Part shown: positions 38,719 through 55,133 of the stretch, piece after piece
How positions within the stretch are numbered: position 1 is the stretch's first letter
Layout of the letters: every line of letters starts with the position of its first letter
NCBI RefSeq assembly: GCF_000181795.1
Contig: NW_003526945.1
Span: forward strand, 955,766 to 1,019,765
Direction of reading: 5' to 3'
Length of the DNA stretch: 64,000 nucleotides
Origin: Trichinella spiralis
Taxonomy: Eukaryota
Position numbers and translations under genes: made by a program
Notes under the pieces: model-generated
The model's input: the letters and a program-made list of their open reading frames with translations, nothing else
The model's database searches: none
Told to the model about the DNA's origin: nothing

Positions 38719-41700
38719 TCAATTTTCTGACAATGTTCGAGATCGTTTGGTGCTCGGTTCATCTTCCGAATCGGATGACATGGCTAAATCCATCAATAAA
38801 TCGTTCGGACTTGCAAGTTGGCCATCGCCAACGGACAAGTCGGTTCCAGAAGATGAAGAAGATGGAATAATTTCCATCTCGTCTTTCTCCGTGCAATAAT
38901 TTTCCGTGTTTTCTTCTACGGGGATATTTTCAAAATTCACATCATCGACTAAATCATCCGCCGAATCTTCGCCTCCAAAAGTTTCTTCAGATGGTCGTTC
39001 AATTGTTTCTTCAGTTGTATCGTCATACAATCCATCCAACATACTAAAAACTTTCCCACCAATTGTTCTGTCGTACATTTCTACTGGAACTGCATTTTCA
39101 AACACAACTTCATTATTATTCGAAGATGACTTTGACAATTCTTCTTCCAAAAGTTTCATATCTAAAAAAATATTCAGCATTTTCATCATCATTCAAGCAT
39201 TATAAAAAGAAGGGAACGTTCAAAAACTTTCAACCTTATTATTATTATTATTATGTAATACGTGTCTATATCTGAACATGCTCAGTTAGGGAACAACAGT
39301 AAAATTCTGTTTCTTAAAAGAATTAACTGATCATTACATACTTTCAGGGTGAGTTCTGAAATTTTCACCGTCGGCAGTGGTTTGTCCTTTCATTTTCGCA
39401 ACTTCCAACGCTTGTTCCCTTACTTTGTGCAAATTCTCTTCCAATTCTATAAGCTGCGCTTTATTCTAAATCAACACAACACAACATACATTTTCAACGA
39501 TCAAGTACAACCATTGGCCATTTTGTGCAAAAAATTAATAAAAAAAAATTTTTTTTTCCCCTTACCTCAATTACCAATTTTCTGGCCAAAGATACAATTT
39601 CGGATGCTTTGAGCGTGAAAGGTGATGTTGGACCGTTGAACAGTATGCTGTTGTTTCGAATTTTGTGCATGTCGTCAAAAAAATCAATCAACGAATGATA
39701 CTGGTGACGTTTCGCTTTCATTTCCATCGTACCAAGGTCCATTGGATCTTTCACTTTATCATAATAAGATTTCACTTTCCTCACGTCGACGGGAGAATGG
39801 AATGCAAACGATTTGGGAATCTTTTTGCACGCATCAATAATATTCCCAATAATAAAGCTGAACGCAACCTGGTCGTTGTCGTCAAGCAGCGGGTTGATTT
39901 CCTTTTCCAATTTCATCAGTCGACTTTCTTTTTCGGCCACCAGTCGACTGGCAACGGTAAAAATATGCTGCGCCGAAATGGTAATTTCACTCTGATCACC
40001 ATTGTACAGACGACTGTTATCCAATATTTGTCGAATATCTTTCAAAAATTCCTCTCTAGTGACATACTGATTCTTGGTTATATTCATTCGAATAGTCTGT
40101 ATCGACATCGGTCTGCTGACCACTTTATGATAATCGGGAACTGATCGTTTACGTACTGGAACGAGAAATGGTTCGGCTTCGGGAAGAAGTTTGATTTCAT
40201 TCAGAATATTTTCCAACACAACGGACATGGTAACACGGGGATCAGTACGTCTTCGGTATATTCCTTGTTTCGGTGGTTCCAAATATTTCGGATTGACAAT
40301 CAACCGACCGTCTACAGTTTGCCATTCTTCGTCTTCGTCCTCGTCCCCAGCTCGATCATTCTCATCATCGTCAGACGCTTCAAATGAATAAACGCTTCTT
40401 TTACCATCGACCGAATCGTCGTCCGATTCACTAATTTCATATTCCATATCCGAACCGGAACCCAAAGCAGTAGCAGTTTTCAAAGAACGACTCTTCTTCG
40501 ACGTGGCCGTTTCAGCTTGTTCAAGAACTGCCCAAGATAATTTCAATTTCATCCCTTCCAAATGTATGCATCGATTTTCCGAAGTTTCTATGTTGGACCC
40601 AGCTTCGGGGTTTGTTTCCACAGCCGACGACGAATCACCAGTTGCGGTTTCGCTTTTCATCGACAAAACATGCTCCACTGTTTCATCTATTGGAACAACC
40701 GGTGCTGTTTCCAATTCAGTTGCATTTGATGTCGCAGAAGCGGATGATGGTGCAGTTGAAGCAACTGTAGAAGCAACTGTAACAACTGAGCTAAACGAAG
40801 AAGCAACGACTGAAGTAGTTTTAATATTGGATGAAGATGACGATGATGGCACGCTTGTTGTAGCCGTATTTTGATTATTCTGATTCGACGAACTTTGCTG
40901 GACCCGTTCGCTTCGATTGTACAGAGGACAATTTTTGTTCGTCTTCATGTGCCCCTTTCCACCACAAGCACTGCAACGCATTTTCAACAACGACGGTTTG
41001 GGAGGTGGTGGCGGCTTGGTGGGCTTTTCCGGCTTCGGTCTCTGCGTCGTCATGCCGAGCTTGGCTTTGATCTCTTTGCGTCGAATACGTCGCAACTGAT
41101 CTTGCAGTCGCCGCTTTTGACGACGACGTTCTTCACGAAACTGTTCGTCCATTTGAGCAAAATGCTTAATAAATGATTCATCTTTGGTCGATCGGATTTT
41201 CATGTAAGCTTCAATCAGCTGAGGTTTGGTCACATATTCGACGCCGACGTGCTCACTGCCATCACTATCCCGATAATAACGGATTATTTTCAACCGCTTT
41301 CCAGCCAACTCATCCACTTGTTGTTGAACTGGCTTGTCTTCGACGGTTTCTACTTCACCAGCTGACTCGCTTGCCATCAGCTTCTGCAATTCCAAACGTT
41401 CATGCTCTTCCGAATCAAGTGGACCCTGCAAAACAATTCAATCAATCAATTTTATCATTACTACTTTTTAATGTTTTCAAAACTGGATTTCTATTCAAGA
41501 AAAAAAAATCAAGCAACATCATGATTCATCACAAACTTACCGTCTTTTTCACTGTTAGCATGTTTTCAATATTTTTCCCCATTTCTTCAATATCAGAGTC
41601 GTTGCCGTCGCTTTGTTCATCATCAGTAGTTACGGTTTCAAGACAGCTCAAAACCCTGCAATAATTTTTTTGACATGAATTAATGCCAACAATACGTACA

Positions 41701-41898
41701 GTATGCTTTCATAATAATAATAATAATAATGAATCATATCATAAGAGATTTTTACTCATTTTGCAGTTGAAATATTCTTTGACAATCCTGCTTATAACGT
41801 TCCTGCACTTCAGCCATTGAATAACGCATATTTCCACGCGCAAACTTTGTAATTCCTACGCCAAAATCACAGCTCAACAAACGTTGTACATTAAAAAA

Positions 41899-41932
<34 letters not shown>

Positions 41933-44900
41933 CTTCAGAACTATTTCATATGTAATGCAAAAAAAATAAAAATTCAATTCATATAAACTGAGTTTTACCG
42001 GTCCCTCCACTCTTGGCTTGCTGGGTAGACAAGGTTCGAATGACATCGATTATTTCCCATCGCGACAACATATTAATCTGAGCAAAGCAATACGATCAGC
42101 AATACAGTACACAGTAGGGCACAACAGAATGTCCAACTCAACCTCTTCTTCTTGTACACCAAACTCTCGCAACAGCTGCTTGGCATCTTTCAAGCTCAAC
42201 TTACGCAGATCTGCATCAGTTCCAGTTACATTCTTTTTCACAGGTGGTGGAACTTCTTCCTTCAGTTGAAAAATCATTACAAAAAAAACATACAATCACC
42301 TCATATTAAAAATGTAAAATAAAAACGAACGCAACAAAAAAAATCGGGGGAAAAATTCATACTTTTTGAGGTTTCGACGACAATTTCACGAAAGAAAATC
42401 CTTCTCCACATCCCGTTGGATCTGCAACGCCAGTTATATCTAGCAAACATTTGCCATTGACAGCAGAAATGTAAGCGCGCGTTGTATTCCAAGGAGCACA
42501 TTTGATCTGAAAATTAAAAAAACAAACCATCCGTGTGGGTCTACTGATTTTCACGTCTCATTCTCTCATTCGTAGCCTATAAATATATTAAAAAAATAAA
42601 AAAATTCACCTCATCCGCCATTTTCACTTGATCATCTTCATCTTCATCTTCTTCTGGTGTAAAAAAATATTTCTCACCATATCCAGCATCTTTCAGTCGC
42701 TGCTCGGCTGCCAACATGCTGTAATAAGCGCAACAAATTTCTGGTGTAATCATCGACCACAATTCGTCCGTATTGGGAAGACGAAAGTCTTGCTTCAAAA
42801 CCCAAAAATTCGAATCGATACCTAAAAAATTGAAATACAACCGCTGAAAGAAGCAAAAAGTGAAAACTGCACAAACAACATACCTGAACCTAAACGTCTG
42901 AAGTCGGAGCAAATGCGCAGTCGTTTTCGAATGCTGCTTTCGGCATGGTGCGGAAACGCACGTCGCAGATCGTCCATCCGAAGCCGCCTCGGGTCCTCCT
43001 TACTGTTCCAAAATAGCCGATATATAAATGCCTAAAATAGAATCAAATTAAAATGAACTAGTTTATTTTTCAAATCGACATTCTCATCCGTATAATATAA
43101 TACCAAAAGAAAGTCGCGAACAAAATTGCATGCGCGCTTTGAATTTGGCGACGGCACTTCAATCAACGGCAGCTCTTGACCAACACAAAACAGTGCTTCA
43201 ACTTTACGTATATATAATCTGTAATTAAAATATTTTATAACATCAGTTGAAGATTTTTTAAAAAAAAGCTCAAAGTAGTTGAACAAAATAACTTTCTTTT
43301 TACCCGCTTCTTGTACGCATTATTAAAAAGTCAGTACTGGGAACCCGATGTCGAAATATTGGAGCCCGGAAAAGGTTGTTCTCAATCGCTTGCAATGTCT
43401 CACCCGGAGCCAATGTACCAAGAAATGGCGTTGAATGTGAATACGACGTTTCACCGTATTCAAACTGGGGCTCTTGGTCATCTTTTCCAGGCAACTAAAA
43501 GAAATGCATATGACAAAGTAATTTTCTTGAAATTTATATTGTTCAAATGATATTTTTCAAAAATAAATGAATGAATGAACTTTTTTTATACAAACTTTTC
43601 TAAAATTATAAATCAGTTGATTCATAAATAAATACTCATAAACTTACTCGTTTAAAATAATTTTTTATCTTCGAACCCATTCCCGGTTGAGAAAGCAACG
43701 GTGGATGCTCTTCGCAATATTCCAGCAGAATCAATTCTCCGTCTTTCCCAGTGAGATCAGCAGGCTTACGCATGAAGAACATCTCTCCACCACCAGAAGC
43801 CAAACGTTCTTGCTCTCTTTCCTAAATGAATATTTTTTTTGAAATTCTTTTCAGTAACAAAAAAATCAAAAATTATAAAACAGCACAATTTTCTTTTGTT
43901 CAACGTGCTTTTCCAACGATATCACGTTTTGTAAAATTGGTGCTTGATGGGCAGTTTTGGGAAATCGACGCAACTGTGGACGATGAAACTGACGCAATTT
44001 GACGAGACTGAAATGGGTTGGAAAATACGGCTGCATCAAATTCTGAGACGGAATTGAATGCTAAAATATAAAAGAAAAAAAATCTAGCGTTTCATCATCT
44101 ACTTTTCTTCCTTCATCTCAGTTTCGTCAAACATAACATATGCAACAGCAAAGCAAGACAGACAATTTTTATAAATGAATATGTTAATAAAATCAACCGT
44201 AAATTTTAAAATTATTTTTTCCAACCATAATCGAAGTAAACGAGATATCTGATACCTGAATTCCCAAACAGACAAACGCATTCAAAGACAAAGCACCCTT
44301 TGGTAAATAGTATTCGTCATTGCTCAAATTCAGCGGATCTTTCTCTTGCATCTGCGACATGCTTTCTTCTTCTTCTTCATTTTTCCTTTGCACAACACGA
44401 TGCAAAATCAACTGTGACTTTTTTGTTGCCTGATGCTCCTGTTAAAAAGATGAATAAAGAAAAAAGCACTAACCAATACTAAAATCCGTGCTCACCCGAC
44501 GTTCAGTTAGTTTATTTTCAAAATCATCGGCTTCCGTGCTCGTCTGAATTGTGGTGCCTTCTTTGGGAACATCTTCCGGAACGCCGAAAAGCGACAAACA
44601 CTCTGTTGGGGTTATTTCAACAAGATTTGGCCCAGGAATACGATGTACATCTGACAAATTCAAAATCACATTCTCCTCCCAGTCTTTGAAGTCAATATCG
44701 CATGGTGGAAAACCAAAAAAATCATATAAACTGTCCACCGTATTTAAACGCTCTAAATATTCGTCCGAAGTTTCCGGTGGAAGGTTAACTGAATCACGCA
44801 ATAAACACGCCCAGCCGTATTTTGAATCTGAAACACGCAAAGCATCAAAATGCATATATATATATTTTTTGAAAAAATCAAACAGCCAAACAAAAACTAT

Positions 44901-46810
44901 TTACACATTTCCCTAAAAAGAGTTGGATCTCGAATTTTTAGACTCGCAATCCATCCACATTTTGGAAAACGTTTTGCTTTGATCAGTTTCAAAAATTCAT
45001 TTTTTGCCTGCTCATCCGATAATACTACGCTCTTCTCCCATTCCAAAACATGGTAAGGAAACAATGAATCACATTTAAATTCAAACTCGTCATCTGAATT
45101 TTTTGCGAGTCTTCTCTTCGCTTCCATCTCTTTAAAACGTATTTCTTCAACTGTCAGTGGACGACAGTGTTTTCCCTATAAATAAACTAATTCAATTTTA
45201 TAAAAGACCATTATTCAACTGACCGACAACATTTAAGATAAAAAAAAACAAAATTATTCACCATATAAACAAGCAAACACTAATAGACAATTATTGTAAA
45301 CAAAAAAATTACAATAAAACATATCTTCCTCAAACGACACATGCTGCTTAACATTCAAATATATTTTTACAAAATTTATAATTTACCTCACCGCTTTCAT
45401 ACATACAGCATGGGCCAATTGGACCGATATTTGATAACCGTATGTTTGAAATCACTTGTTTTTCCTAAAAATTGACGTCAAATTTCCTACGTCAAATATC
45501 TAATATTCAATATTTTTTAGATGTTCATTTCTCACTTCTATCTTTTCCTCTTCCACTTCTTCATTCTTCTTTCGTCCATAACCTTCTCCACTTGGAGGAA
45601 TGTTCAGTTTATCGTACCATTTCATGGCAACACCATAACGCCACGGTGCAACTTTCTTAGGTTCTGGTGGTAAAGGTTTTTCATTTGTAACTGGTTTTGA
45701 ACTTTTGGGAAGTTTATGTAGTGCAATCTAAAAATTGCTACTATAATTAATAACACTTGCATAATATAAAACACATTATCTTAATACTTCATCATCAGCT
45801 TCAAATTCGTCTTCCAATGGTGATGATAACATCGGTAAATGATCGCCATTTTCAATTTGATCTTGCGCTTGCGTTAAAATAGCTGTTGGGATTAAATTTG
45901 GTTCCCATTTATGATCAACGGCGGTCTCCAAACCATTAAAATCCAATGAATCTGAGTCAACACCACTTTCTGGTCGACGCCAATTTCTTGCAGAACGCCA
46001 AATCATTGGCATACTACTCGGTTTGCCAGGCCCGAAGAGTCGCGAGAATCGCAGAACCTGATTCTTTCTAAATTCTGGAAACAAAGTACTAACGTCATAG
46101 TCTCGATATTCCTCAGGCAGCATATTTGCCAATGGGGCTTCATCATCGCTTTCCTTTTCAGAATCAATCAATTCTTCAGTAGTTTCCTCGTCCTGAATAA
46201 AAAGCAAACCATTCAAACCAACTGAAAAATGCATCCATATACATCCACAGCAAAATATACATTTTCTTGCAATGGCTGCTTCCAGAATTTGGAACAGGTT
46301 GGCTTGCTGAGATCTTCTAACGCTTCAAATGATAATATAGTCAAAACACTATGCAAAAAGCCTAACAAAACTTACTTCCATCTGAAGCTAGTTCGTCGGT
46401 AGTTGAAAAGTCTACCGAATCTATAAAAGAAAATTTTATAATTAATCTAACTCTTTTCTTTTGAAAATACTTACCGCTGAAAACCAGTTTTACAGGTGGT
46501 AATGATACTTCTTCCATATCATCAGCAGTAACTAATCCGCTCAGATTCAAGACAGAAGATAAATGACCTAACTGACTCAATGTTTCCTGAAACAGTCGAT
46601 TTAAAAATAAAATAACAGAAACTTATTTTACAAACATCTTAAAATTATTTTTCAAAGCACAAGTCACAATAATCACATCACAAAATAGTTTCAGTCATTC
46701 AACATCAAAATACTTACGCTGTCAAAAAAACTTTCATCGCTGCTTCCATCTTCATTTAAATTTCCAAACAAGGCAGATGTCAGAATTTTTTCACCAAAAT
46801 CAGCGTCCAT
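38719..46810 (-). CDS. TAF1: Transcription initiation factor TFIID subunit 1
   Basis: Multi-exon gene. N-terminal TAND ([22 protein letters not shown] at 46810); [35 protein letters not shown]3591 core ([94 protein letters not shown]). The large exon ~41426-39565 holds the zinc knuckle [17 protein letters not shown] and the double bromodomain. The acidic last exon is ~39161-38719. Confidence 0.96.
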
Positions 46811-49161
46811 TTCAGTTTCCACTTTGCAATGAAAACCGGGAAGAAATGGAAACGTTAATTTAGAAACCATGAAAAAATTTCGGTGCAAAATATTTACTCA
46901 TAAATTATTCAACTGCTCTGTAACAAAATAAAATACAAGGTGAAAAAGGAATAAACAATCATTTTGCTCATGTTGAACTAAAAAGATTTAAATAGGCACA
47001 TGAAATATGCAAATTTTTAAAAATATGCTAACCCATAAGAAAAAGTGCACAGGCAATTTTGACGCATTCACCGAATGAAAAGTTCTTAAACTTTATAAGA
47101 ATTTCGAATATGCTGTTTGAATTTGAATTTGAATATTCGAATAATAGAAATAATTTCATAAAATTTAATAATATGAAAAAATAACAAAGAAAGGTAAATA
47201 AAAATACAGTTGCACGCGTTCAAACCGCCACAATCACAGCCATCATTATGTAGGGCATACAATTGCTACCGTACAACTATGGCTTTCAGGGTCAATTGAA
47301 TTGCAATTTATGATTTTTACCGATTAGAGATTATGGATTTTTTATTAAAATAAAGCTTAAACTTTGTAAAACAATAAAAATTATTGTAAATTAGAATCAT
47401 AAAAGTTTTAATGCATTAATTTATTTCATAATAAGTACCGAACCTTATTCAAATACCGATTTGAATTTATAAAATCAAAAAAAAGTCAATAAAAGGAAAT
47501 GGATAAAGCAATTTTAGACAGCTATTCACAATAGATATTTTTACAGCAACTAATTTTTCAGTATCAGTGAATTGAGATTGATCATCAAAAAATGATGCTA
47601 CATTGCTACAGTACAGTAAGCTAAGTTGTACAGTAAGCTTGTTCTCAAGTAACTTCTTTTATATATTAAAAATGAATATTATATACATATTTATATTTCT
47701 TTATACATAATTATTCATCAACTTATTATGCAATAATGTATAATAAAAAGATTTTAGACAGTCATTGCTTAAGTAAACAAAAGATACTTCATTTTAAATT
47801 AATATAGAAAATTTGTGCATAATATTCAATTTAATTTTAATTTATATTTTAATAAATAATTTTTTATCATTTTCAGGTACACATTGTTATGTGCAGCATA
47901 TATGTCAACTTCAAATTCGAGTGAGGTCAAAAGTTGATGAGCAAGTACTAATGAATAGTACTGAGATTCATACTTTACATTGCATCTTCTGGTGCTCGCT
48001 GTCGGTTTTCGTAGGTATTACAAAATCGATCTTAATTTAATTTCTACTTTTTTATTCCTGTTCATTTTGATTATTGTAAACATCATTTTTCGCATTAGTT
48101 TATCTGACTACATTTTCAATCTCTAGTATCTATAGCGCAATTTTCTGTCATTTGTATATGATGAAATTTTTATAATATGTAAGAAATATATAGTTTTAAG
48201 CAATTTCTTTTTATCAAATGAGCTTTATAGATTCTTTAATGGAATCTTCTTCTATCAATTTCAAATCTTAAACTGTCACTGTTTTCGTTTACTTATAACA
48301 TATCACGTAGTATTTTTTACTTTGCATATTTGAAGCGTAATGTTTAACTTTAAGATATGTATATGCTTCTTAGAATTTAACTGATTTGCATGTTTCTTAT
48401 TTTATTTAATTAATACGAACTTTCATTTGAAAGTCATAAGTTATTAGTTTTTAACTGTATATTTAAAAGTAACTGCGTATTTTCTTAAAATCCGGAATAC
48501 ATAGGACAATCAATTAATAAATAAAGCAGGAGGTACTCTTTTAAGGAAACATCAGTTTAAATTGTTATTTAACTTATAGTATGAAAATATATTCTGACGA
48601 AGTTAGTAAACGAATTCTTAAATGATGCTGAGGTCAGAATGAGTCATTTTAAATAGTCAACCATTTTGAAATGGCTTTGCTACTTTTTGTAGTGCTTCAA
48701 CACTAAATTTTAAATTGCTTTTACACTGAGTGATAATACTTTTAATTTCATCTAGTATATGATGATGAATAAGCTTACGATTTCGATTGTTTAGTTGAAA
48801 TGAACTTAAAGCGTTTGTTTGAGTTGATTGAATTGCATTGTATATAATTTTTTTATTTCTGATGTATTTTAATGTTTGTTAGCTCAAGATTTAGCGATAA
48901 AAATAAAGCGACGCAGGGGATGAATCTCTTTTGGTCAATGTGCTCAGTTTTAATTATGGAACTCATTTTTTTAAGTTACATTTCCTTTTCAGTTGTTTGA
49001 AGCTTCGTTGGCAGAAATATAAAACACATTTTTCTGATTGTTACAGTAATCTGTTAGTGATGATCAAGTTATTTGGCTAATTAAAAGTAATGAATTTATT
49101 TTTATGTATCTCTTTATTATAGTGTAGATTTTCGGTGAATTCGTATTTTAACGAAGAAAAT

Positions 49162-50590
49162 ATGGATACAAATCGTCCAAGATATTATCCATATAATCCA
49201 ATTGTCATGCCGAGAACAGTACGCTTTCCCAATATTGTGTCAGGCCCAAGTAACTTGCGTCCGCTGCGTTATACGACAACTACTACTAGCGGTGTAATTT
49301 TCCCGAGAGCTCCGCAGCCTTTGACTGCTGTACCAGGTGCGCTGTTTTTAAAATTTTGAATTAACATAATACAGTATTTTGTCAGGAAGTATTTCTGCAG
49401 TGGCAAGGTATGGCTCACAGATTGCCATAAATAGTCCAGTTGCGAGGCAGGGTGTTGCCCCGGGTTCTGTGTTTACTTTGCAGACAAGACCGATGAGAGT
49501 GCCTGCCGTAACTACTTCAGCTACCAGTAATCTCACTCGTCCAAGCATACTGCGTCGTCGACAATCTGCAACTGGTAGTGCAGAAACGGCAGGCGGTGGT
49601 GTTTCGGCACCGAAACGAATTTACACGGTGGATACTAATAGGTATTTGAATGAAACTGCCCCAAGACCGAATATTTCTACTCTCGGAGAGAAGACAATAA
49701 TTGTTGTCAAACGTGTTCCAATTGACGATACCAACAGTGAAGCGCATCGCCGAGTGGCGGCGAAAATACCAATTAGTTTGTCTTCAAATTTTACAGCAGC
49801 TTCCAACGCTTTGACAAAAGGGAATCCGACAGTACCATTGGGGACAGCTCCGTCTGCTGAAGCAGAGAAAGCAGCAACTGCGCCCGTTGGTCGTAAACGA
49901 CCAAGAAAACAGCAACTCGGTGAACTCACCGATCGTGTTGAACCTCCAGCTGTCGCTACTGAGAAAGCTACACCCGCAGTTGTATCCTCAGGGAGTAATA
50001 CGACTCGACGTGAACGGAAGACTTCTTCTACTGAGAGAATTACTCGCCAAAGTGGAACCGGTAAAGTTGGAAGGCCATCTTCGAACAAAGGAAGAAAAGG
50101 AAGCGATGGAAGTGCGACGTCTGGCAAGCGACACACTGCAGCGCAGCCTGCTGCTAAAGTTCGCTTGCCATCGTTTGGCTATGGGCCTAGGTCTAGACGT
50201 CGGATGGCCGTGAAACACACCGATGTGGCAGAGAATTCATCTTCGGCGAAATCGAAATTTGTGCAAAATTGGACTGATTCGGCGAGATTTTTACAAGATG
50301 TTGGTCGCTTATTGTCCGCAGCATTTAGTCGTATGCAAGATTATGAAAGTAGCACTAAAAAACTTGTCAGTGTGGTGTCGAGCATGATTACTCGGGAAGA
50401 TTTGGTGAAAAGTAATGAAATGCTTTTTGAACTTGCTAATAAGAATGACCAAAAGATGAAGCAGCTTCAAAATATATACGGTGGTTGTATTGGAGCTATT
50501 AAAAAGTCCTTTCTGGTGGTTGTATTGAACAAGATTGAGACAGGAAACAGTATTGCGGCTCGCAAAGCAAGCCGAATTTCAAAACGATAA
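49162..50590 (+). CDS. Low-complexity nuclear protein, probably a divergent SAP130 (Sin3 deacetylase complex subunit)-like protein
   Basis: Exon 49162-49336, a 49-nt GT-AG intron and exon 49386-50590 join in frame. The N-terminus is T/P/S/A-rich, followed by RKRPRKQQ and a helical C-terminal region (KHTDV..EDLVKSNEML..NDQKMKQ..VVLNK..KASRISKR) resembling SAP130_C. The CDS itself is well supported; the family call is moderate. Confidence 0.7.
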
Positions 50591-51306
50591 ATAACATGAT
50601 GGTAATGTAGATTTGATTGTGCGTTTCAATGCATATTCCATGTTGTAGATTGTGCGTTGGATGTTTCAGAAGAAGTACAGTGGAATAGTCTCGCACATTC
50701 CCGAAGTATTCCGTTTGCTTTTTTTCGTCTTTATGCTATATGCAGTTTTTAAGATGTTTTTGCCTTGGGAGTCTTCATTTTCGAAATATGCTTTGTTTAA
50801 AAAGCAGCATTTGTGACGCTTTGAACAGTAATGAGGAAGGTTACGTTTTACAGAGCAGTCTTTTTGAAACATATTTAAAGTTTCACATTCATGAATTTAC
50901 TCTTGATTTTGAACAGTTTGACGATGAACGTGTGTGTGTGTGTGTGTATGCAATGTGATTGTAACAAATAAAAATGAAAATTACTAGTGGAAATGTTGAA
51001 CAGTAACATTTTTAAATTTATCTCACTTTAATAGTATTTCATGGCGCAGTTAACGTAATACAAGAAGTGTACTGAAATTGAAAAATTCGATAAGATTTTG
51101 TTGATATTTATAATATTTCAAAGCACTAAAGGACTGTTTTTTTATTTTATGAAGAATGCAGGTTAAAAAATTATCTGTAGATTTTGAAATCTATAATTTG
51201 AAGCTAGCTGTTTTGTTAAGTTCACTCTAAATCCCAGTACAATCGCCTAATCTATATTACATTTCACTTTCAGGGTACACTGGCTGTTCAGTGTTATCAT
51301 TCTTTA

Positions 51307-55133
<3,827 letters not shown>

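Noticed and set aside
39665..41664. Several plus-strand ORFs of 60-163 aa
   Set aside because: They lie antisense to TAF1 coding exons and have no independent coding signal.
47235..47284. Possible pre-miRNA-like hairpin (agccat...atggct) upstream of TAF1
   Set aside because: Only 6 contiguous pairs plus a heavily bulged stem, and no match to a miRNA I recognise.
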